Shown here: positions 53,571-60,757 of the stretch, in pieces
How positions within the stretch are numbered: the first letter of the stretch is position 1
How the letters are laid out: every line of letters begins with the position of its first letter
Origin: Massalongia carnosa
Taxonomy: Eukaryota
DNA length: 64,000 nucleotides
Direction: 5' to 3'
Assembly (NCBI GenBank): GCA_965645245.1
Contig: OZ287067.1
Span: 3,162,001 to 3,226,000, forward strand
Program-made: the position numbers and the translations under genes
Notes under the pieces: generated by a model
The model's input: only the letters and a program-made list of their open reading frames with translations
What the model was told of the DNA's origin: nothing
Database searches by the model: none

Positions 53571-54067
53571 AATGGGAGAATGGGGAGCAATTGAACAAGG
53601 CGAAGAACTTGTATAAGTAGTGACTGAAAGAATGTGGATCTGTGACCTTTCTTATAGACAAGGAAAAGACTGTCCCTCCTTAGGCAGTGTCCACTCTGAT
53701 GTCTCAACAGAGAAACCTGTTTGCTTAACATGCTTGTTTGCCATGATGAGAATTTCAACTTAGGCTTTTTCAAGGGTCCAATTGACCAAAAGGAAATTGA
53801 GCGCAGGGTTCTTCCAATTTGATTTAACCGGCCTTGGGCCGATTAAATAATAAGTGGCAACTGCCGCACAATCTCACCCAGTGCCTTAATGAGGCATAAT
53901 TGCCAAAAAGAAAGGTCTTTGTGCCTTCGATCGATGAGTTTACTAAGCTCTTTGATGTCCGATGGATTTTGTATTTTTGCGTGTCCAGAATTCAATCGCG
54001 GTTGAAACTGACGCTTTGATGATATTTGTACCAATGGGGCGCTCAGGCCCAGCAATATACTTTTTTG

Positions 54068-54618
54068 CCATCGACCATCGAGCTTAGCGAGCTCTTTTGG
54101 TGTCCGAGGACTTGGGTGCCTTCGACCATCGAGCTTAGCAAGGTCTTTGGTGTCCGAGGACTTGATTGCCTTCGACCATCGAGCTTAGCAAGGTCTTTGG
54201 TGTCCGAGGACTTGGTTGCCTTCGACCATCGAGCTTAGCAAGGTCTTTGGTGTCCGAGGACTTGGTTGCCTTCGACCATCGAGCTTAGCAAGGTCTTTGG
54301 TGTCCGAGGACTTGGTTGCCTTCGACCATCGAGCTTAGCAAGGTCTTTGGTGTCCGAGGACTTGATTGCCTTCGACCATCGAGCTTAGCAAGGTCTTTGG
54401 TGTCCGAGGACTTGATTGCCTTCGACCATCGAGCTTAGCAAGCTCTTTGGTGTCCGAGGACTTGGTTGCCTTCGACCATCGAGCTTAGCAAGCTCTTTGG
54501 TGTCCGAGGACTTGATTGCCTTCGACCATCGAGCTTAGCAAGCTCTTTGGTGTCCGAGGACTTGGGTGCCTTCGACCATCGAGCTTAGCAAGCTCTTTGG
54601 TGTCCGAGGGCTTCGGTG
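54068..54618. repeat. Tandem array, 11 copies of a 50-bp unit, in the 5' leader of the Copia element
   Basis: Unit CCTTCGACCATCGAGCTTAGCAAG(G/C)TCTTTGGTGTCCGAGGACTTG(G/A)(T/G)TG starts at 54068, 54119, 54169 ... 54569. No spacers. Confidence 0.97.
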
Positions 54619-54855
54619 TAGTACGATCAATGTGTTCATGCTCTTTCTAACACGCAATTTTTGTGCTTCTGACAAGAAATCGCTGTGTACAGAAGAGAGA
54701 ACTGATTGATGTGATTTGAGGGATCGTTTCTAAAGACACAGAAAGATTTTAGTCATGTGTCTACGATTCATTGAATAGGAACGATGCTTAGCTGATTGCA
54801 CTGCGATGCTGCGGATTAAAAGCTTCGATTCGTTTTAAATCGATAGCACCCTTCC

Positions 54856-54867
54856 GGGCTCATAACC
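54856..54867 (-). promoter_or_regulatory. Primer-binding site complementary to the anticodon arm of initiator tRNA-Met (half-tRNA priming)
   Basis: GGTTATGAGCCC abuts the LTR and is complementary to GGGCUCAUAACC of fungal tRNA-iMet, as in Ty5/copia-type elements. Confidence 0.85.
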
Positions 54868-55139
54868 TGTTGAAATAGGTATATGACTATGGCTATATGG
54901 CTATGTAATAATAAAGGTATGTATGACCGTGATGTTAAGGATGAAGAGTTGCTATGCAGCAATCTTTTCCTGTTACTGGTCACCCTTCTAAGCGAGGTGA
55001 TCTTATCTTATATTGGGACTAAGCCTAATGCGGCATCTACGGTTTCCGTAGATCATCTGTCAATCTAGGGCAGCCGTAGGTGCTATGTTCATTGAACTGA
55101 TAGGTGTTCATTGTGCTGGTAGGAATTGGATATTCAACA
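54868..55139 (-). repeat. 5' LTR of Copia element
   Basis: 272 bp TG...CA, directly followed on the minus strand by the PBS GGTTATGAGCCC. Confidence 0.95.
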
Positions 55140-55377
55140 AATCGCGATCGCATCAATTGCATGTCTTTTATTTCGTCAATCATTTTCTTTCTATTTCATC
55201 AATCGCTTTTTATTTCAATCATGAATAACAGTAGCGTCATGAATAAGAATCTTATTAAAATCAATAATTTTAATGCAACGCGAGTGCAAAATATTAAGCA
55301 ATTTTTGATAAAAAATCTCAAAGAAGAGTGTGACCATTGCGCCACCTGTCCTTTCCGACCAAAAGGCACAATACTTA

Positions 55378-57902
55378 ATCGTCGGCTCGCTTAGCTCCGT
55401 GGATCCGACTAAAATGCGAAAGCATTTTAGTCGGGGAAAGCGGTGCATCCCGGAAAGCGGTGCATCCAGCCAAAATCATCAAATTTTCATCTTTCACCTT
55501 TTACCCTCAATCATCTGGGTTAATCATTAGCTAACGTCATACAAAGCTTGAAAAACAGTGTCATCATCATAACCATCATCAAAATCATCCCCTCGACCCC
55601 CCTGATCCCTTCGATCCCCCCGATTCTTCCGGTTCCCCCCATAACCCGCATTCTCCTCATCCTCTTCATCCATGAAAGATACGAAATCACTTTGCATCTC
55701 GATGGAGCCCCCGAAATCTCTCTGCACCCATGATTCTTCATCTACTACAATCGCGGTTTCTTCCTCATCAATCGTAGCATTGACACGTGGATTTTTTCTG
55801 GCTTCTTTCTTCGCTTCCTCAGCTATCCACACCTCATTCGTCGCTTTCCATAAGGCCTCGGGGTCAGAAATTGCTTCATACAACTCAATTGGTATGGGAT
55901 TGAGGGTTTTGGTCATTTCTTTTAATCGTTTGACTCGATCCCTTTCTGCTTTTCGAGCAGCCATTCCCTTGACGTGAATTTCGTCTCTTTCCATTCTCCA
56001 TATCTTCATAAACTTATTGTCCACTCGTTTCTTTTCAGCCTTTTTTTCGTGTTGTAGCTTCATGGTTAAGGCATGCTCCGCATCTTCCTTAGTCAGTCCC
56101 AATTTTCCTGATTCAGGTCTCAGTCGTTTGCGAGAAAATTTTCTACTGTTTAACTGTTGCATTCGTGTCTGTTGCCACATTTTCAGCTCCGTTTCCTTGA
56201 GAATCGAGTTCGAAATAACTTCTTTTGCATTGATAACGAATGAGTCAAATTCCTCAGCCCGAATGGGGTCACTCCATTGCATAGATTCCTGAATTTTTGG
56301 TCCCCATTGATGATCCAATCCATATTCTATGTCGGCTATTTCCCTTGGTTGGATTTGACGAGGTAGGGGGGGTAATGGGAGCTGATTATCATTATTCGTC
56401 TCAGTCAGAATCTCAGTCAGATTGTTTGGATTGTTGGGATTGAATGTTTTCAGCTGTTGAATGCATGCTTTTGGATTAACAGGCCACATGCCCGACTTTT
56501 CAAAGGCATGTCGAATAGTGGATGGTTTGAAGGTATTATTCCTGATTTTGACCAAATCCTTCAGGAATTGCGTCAGGGAATACTCAATAAATGACTCCGA
56601 TATAGTCTCTTGAATAGCCACATTATGCCAATGCTTATAGGGTTGAAATACACCCACATCCAATGGCTGCATACAGTGGGTTAAATGCGGAATTAGTGGA
56701 TAAGGACGAATGTGATTTTCATTGGCCAAAGCAACAAATTCAGGAGTAATATGACTGCCGTGATTATCCATAAGCAACAATTTCCAATCCGCATTCGGTC
56801 CTGCATCTGAATTCTTGATAAGATGCTTCAGATATTCAACAGCTATCTTATCAGATGTAAATCCACTGTCCGAAGGCACGATATGCGTGCCCTGTGGCAG
56901 ATCATCCGAAAACCATATGGCCATGATGTCATGACCTTGTATGATGACCATTGGAGGGGGGGGATAGTCGCCGGCAGCATTAATTGTCTCGATAATCGTC
57001 GCCGATCTACGGTTTTCCGGGCTGACCGCGTAGAATTGTTTAATTTCCATGGGAACAAGAATTTCCTGTCCCCTCATGCACCCAATGCGGAAGCTAGCTT
57101 CATCAAAATTCAGAATATTTCGTCTTTTTCGAATATTCAGTGTTTTCAATGCATGCCTATAATCAGCAAACCATCTGGTCACATCCGATTCCTGAGCGGC
57201 TTCAAATCGGATCATGGACAATGGTTTTGTCTTGATTTTATGCAAATTGCTACGCTTCCACCAATCCCGAAACCATCGTCTTGACGGCCCTACATCGAGG
57301 GGATTATGAGCTTTTTTCAAGCTTACAATGGCATTAAAAACGATTTGATGCGTAGGTGGAATTCCATGCACCAACAAAGATTGAATAAAACCATTGATAG
57401 CCTTTGTTTCATGATCTCTCAATATCTGATTTTGTCCTCCATTTTTCACTCCCGAACAACGACGAATGGAAGAAGTCAACGTTTTAACGTTGACATTGAA
57501 AAGTCTAGATGCAGTCATCTTGGTTTCTTTGGGATTTGTCTTCAGAAATTGCTTCGCTTCCTCCATGGGATTGAGAATGGGGGCGTTACTATCCATGGAG
57601 TGGGTTAAGAATGATGGATAAAAAGGATGATTGAGGACGTATAGAAAAGCTGAATATGCGACAATCCGATGAAATAACTAGTTATTTTAGGAATAAATGC
57701 TGGGAAGGCTATAATTATCAATATGAGGTGATTAAATCGTCAATAATCAAGGTAGTTATTCAGATGATTGAGGGTAAAAGGTGAAAAAGATGAAAATTTG
57801 ATGATTTTGGCTGGATGCACCGCTTTCCGGGATGCACCGCTTTCCCCGACTAAAATGCTTTCGCATTTTAGTCGGATCCACGGAGCTAAGCGAGCCGACG
57901 AT
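55378..57902 (-). mobile_element. pogo/Fot1-type DNA transposon, apparently intact, 2525 bp
   Basis: ~140-bp TIRs (55378-55517, 57761-57902; identical apart from a 2-nt indel) start ATCGTCGG. TA on both sides (55376-55377, 57903-57904). Doubled GGAAAGCGGTGCATCC repeat. Confidence 0.96.
55527..57596 (-). CDS. pogo/Fot1 transposase (HTH + DDE_1), uninterrupted 689 aa
   Basis: LNFDEASF, LLLMDNHGSH and HLTHCMQPLDVGVFQPYKH motifs. No stops or frameshifts. Acidic/Gly-Arg low-complexity tail. Confidence 0.93.
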   Translation of the reverse strand: MDSNAPILNPMEEAKQFLKTNPKETKMTASRLFNVNVKTLTSSIRRCSGVKNGGQNQILRDHETKAINGFIQSLLVHGIPPTHQIVFNAIVSLKKAHNPLDVGPSRRWFRDWWKRSNLHKIKTKPLSMIRFEAAQESDVTRWFADYRHALKTLNIRKRRNILNFDEASFRIGCMRGQEILVPMEIKQFYAVSPENRRSATIIETINAAGDYPPPPMVIIQGHDIMAIWFSDDLPQGTHIVPSDSGFTSDKIAVEYLKHLIKNSDAGPNADWKLLLMDNHGSHITPEFVALANENHIRPYPLIPHLTHCMQPLDVGVFQPYKHWHNVAIQETISESFIEYSLTQFLKDLVKIRNNTFKPSTIRHAFEKSGMWPVNPKACIQQLKTFNPNNPNNLTEILTETNNDNQLPLPPLPRQIQPREIADIEYGLDHQWGPKIQESMQWSDPIRAEEFDSFVINAKEVISNSILKETELKMWQQTRMQQLNSRKFSRKRLRPESGKLGLTKEDAEHALTMKLQHEKKAEKKRVDNKFMKIWRMERDEIHVKGMAARKAERDRVKRLKEMTKTLNPIPIELYEAISDPEALWKATNEVWIAEEAKKEARKNPRVNATIDEEETAIVVDEESWVQRDFGGSIEMQSDFVSFMDEEDEENAGYGGNRKNRGDRRDQGGRGDDFDDGYDDDTVFQALYDVS

Positions 57903-57904
57903 TA

Positions 57905-57926
57905 CCATTTAACTGGTTATGAGCCC
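57905..57926 (+). mobile_element. Remnant LTR end + half-tRNA PBS of a second, plus-strand Copia-type element interrupted by the pogo insertion
   Basis: CCATTTAACT followed by GGTTATGAGCCC (57915-57926), the same 12-nt PBS as the intact element. No gag/pol recognisable downstream. Confidence 0.6.
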
Positions 57927-58768
57927 GGGTTAGCATGAGGCTTCCCCTTGTAGGCATGGATAAAGGGAGATGTGTGCGTGTCCGCGGTCAGAGCGCGTGA
58001 TTAATTTACTCTGAATTCCGGCAGCTTTTTACGGTCTCTTTGGTAAGAGAGAATTAGCACTTCGGCAACTGATTACGAGTCTCTTGAGGGTCAAGAGACA
58101 AATCAGGTGAAAACGGCAGCTCGATACGTGTCTTTAGCGGAAGACAAACAAGCCAAACCGGCGACGATGAGAGGTCGCCAAATCAAAATATTCACTCGGC
58201 CATCCAGCGACACAGTTGAACCTACCAACCGCCTCGTCGCTATTCAAACTCGATACAGTTCCCAAAAGACTGCCTTTTCGACTTCAATTATCGATCGGTT
58301 TTAATGAAGGCCTCCAGACGATTTCTTTTCTAACACATCGACTACTAGCTATTTAGCTACTACTATCGATGTCCTTCGTCCAAAACAGTCTCAACCTCAG
58401 TGATCCATTCGCACAAAAACCCACCCACCACCCAATTTATTCGAACTTTATCTCGACCTTCGGTCTTATATTAATTTCAGACCTTTATTCCTTTTTTAGA
58501 GATTACGACCTCCGCCTACACGACATCCTCAGGCAAAATCCCTAACTATCACCATTCTATCTTTCGGATATCGTTTCACCGAATGCCGTGGGGGAGATAG
58601 GGGATATATGAAGGGGGTACCGCAGGGTGCCCGGGACTACTGATATGAGAGAGCAGATAGGCTGCCATCATAGCGGGAGGACTCCGTACAAGGAATAGGA
58701 AACACCCATCGGGTGTAGGAAGAGACCGACTTGAGAAGCAGACAGCTGCTATCATGGAGGGGATAAGG

Positions 58769-58993
58769 GAGTATAACCCGAATGGGGGAGCAGATGCCCT
58801 GCTACCATGAAGGGAGTACAACCCGAATGGGGGAGCAGATGTCCTGCCACCATGAAGGGAGTATAACCCGAATGGGGAAGCAGATGCCCTGCCATCATGA
58901 GGGGAATACAACTCGAATGGGGGAGCAGATATCCTGCCACCATGAAGGAAGTATAACCCAAATGGGGGAGCAGCTGTGCTGTCACCTAAAGGG
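58769..58993. repeat. Tandem array, ~5 diverged copies of a 45-bp unit
   Basis: Unit GAGTATAACCCGAATGGGGGAGCAGATGCCCTGCTACCATGAAGG at 58769, 58814, 58859, 58904 and 58949, with decayed flanking copies. Confidence 0.9.
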
Positions 58994-59256
58994 ATGGGAT
59001 GGAAGGTGCAAAGAGAGGACAACTCGCATGAGGGAGCACATCGCTTGCGATTGCCATCATGGAGGGAAGTGCAGGAAGAACAACCAACTTCATTAGCACC
59101 TGTTCTGTTGGCACGAGGGGGTTTTTTTATTTTTATCTTTCTTTTACATGAGAGAGTGATATTGTCTTCGATCTGTTGCTGTATTTTCATACTGTCTTCA
59201 CCACGGCTACACCGATAAGGGAATTGATCGGAAAGGGGAGTGTTAAATTATCCTCC

Positions 59257-60602
59257 CACGCGGGTGAAAAAAAAAAGGGCAAGGTGAGCCGAAACTCCCC
59301 CACCAAAACTTACCCCTTTTCTTCCCCTTTTTCTTCCTCATCTTCTTCCTCATTCAACATTTCAAATGCCATCCCACTATGATACACCTCAAAAGGCCAA
59401 GGTGCAGGGAGCTTATGAGTTTCTTCTTGCAAAAGGCATTTCCATCGATCCTCGAGAGATTTTTCAGCATTTTGGCATTCGAAGCGAGAGACAGGGCTAT
59501 AAGATCATTCGAAACGGAGCATCTTCTAGAAGAAGACATCATTCAACGCTCGTTGAGACACGCGGTCGCAAATCAAAAGTCACGGAAGCACAAATACAGG
59601 AGGCAGATCACATTCTACAAGATGAGGGGCTACAGTTGGAAGGAAAACGATACACATGGGAACAATTGGCTATGGAGATTGGGGCCGACGTTGTCGGTCG
59701 TACAATGCACAATGTTATGTCGGCTGCTCTAAACTATGAGAAATGTCTGGCCTGCGTCAAGGGATGGCTGGCCGACCCACCTATGGAAAGACGGGTCGAA
59801 TTTGCTCACATGATGCTGACCAGATATCCCAAACCGGAGCAATGGGATCGCGTACGGTTTAGTGATGAGATTCATTTTGGATATGGGCCGGATGGACAGT
59901 TACGAATCATTCGTCAGCCCGGAACACGATATCGTTGGGATTGCATACAGCATCGTGACCCGCCTCCTGAGAAAGATCGAAAACGAAAACATTGCTGGGC
60001 TGCAATTGGCTATAATTTCAAGTCGGATATTATCTTTTATGACGTGCCGGGGAACAGCAATGGTAAAATGACTCATCAGGTGTATATTGAATCTGTTCTT
60101 GACCCCGTCGTCAAGCCCTGGCTGGAGCGCGGGGATGACTTCGTACTTGAAGAAGATGGAGACTCTGGTCATGGCACGGGCAAGACAAGAAATGCCGTCA
60201 AGAAATGGAAGGAAGATCATCATTGAGAGCATTATTTCAATTGTGCCTCATCACCTGATTTTTCCCCTATAGAAAATTGCTGGCAGCCAGCGAAGCAGCA
60301 TGTTCGAAAGTATCCTCATTAGGACGATGTCAGCTTGAAGCAGCTGATTAGGGATGGATGGGAACGGGTGACGCAGGAATTCATCAATGAAAGAGTTCGA
60401 TCAATGCCCAAACGATTGGAAGAGGTAATTAGGGCTGAGGGGACGATGACTGGCTATTGAATAGAATGTATGTAGAATTTCAATGGTCATACGAATTGAA
60501 ATGTTGAATGGGGAAGAAGATGGGGAAGAAAAAAGGGAAGAAAAGGGTAAGTTTTGGTGGGGGAATTTCGGCTCACCTTGCCCTTTTTTTTTCACCCGGG
60601 TG
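59257..60602 (+). mobile_element. Tc1/IS630-like DNA transposon, 1346 bp, with atypical ends
   Basis: ~108-bp TIRs (59257-59365, 60496-60602) starting CAC(G/C)CGGGTGAAAA. CCTCC on both flanks (59252-59256, 60603-60607). Encodes a DDE_3-type transposase. Confidence 0.92.
59366..60460 (+). pseudogene. Tc1-like DDE transposase (364 codons) with two nonsense codons
   Basis: [35 protein letters not shown] and SMPKRL in one frame. Stops at 60224-60226 (TGA) and 60320-60322 (TAG). Confidence 0.9.
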
Positions 60603-60757
60603 CCTCCAACCCCCTTTATAGGTGTAGCGCAGCCCTGCCAGCCTTGGCGCGCTAGGCAGTATATAATAGTCATGGACAGATCTCAATAGAACACACCTTC
60701 ATGCAGTCTTCTCTCCTCCCTACCTGAGAGTCTCCTTTTAACTACTGCTTTAATAAA

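Larger units (their letters stand above)
49050..55139 (-). mobile_element. Full-length Ty1/Copia LTR retrotransposon (6090 bp), coding region disrupted
   Basis: Two 272-bp TGTTG...CAACA LTRs, 5-bp TSD AATCG (49045-49049, 55140-55144), PBS at 54856-54867, PPT next to 49321, and the domain order gag-PR-IN-RT-RH. Confidence 0.97.

Noticed and set aside
54068..54618. CRISPR-like appearance of the 50-bp array
   Set aside because: Units are head-to-tail with no unique spacers, there are no cas genes, and the context is a eukaryotic retrotransposon leader.
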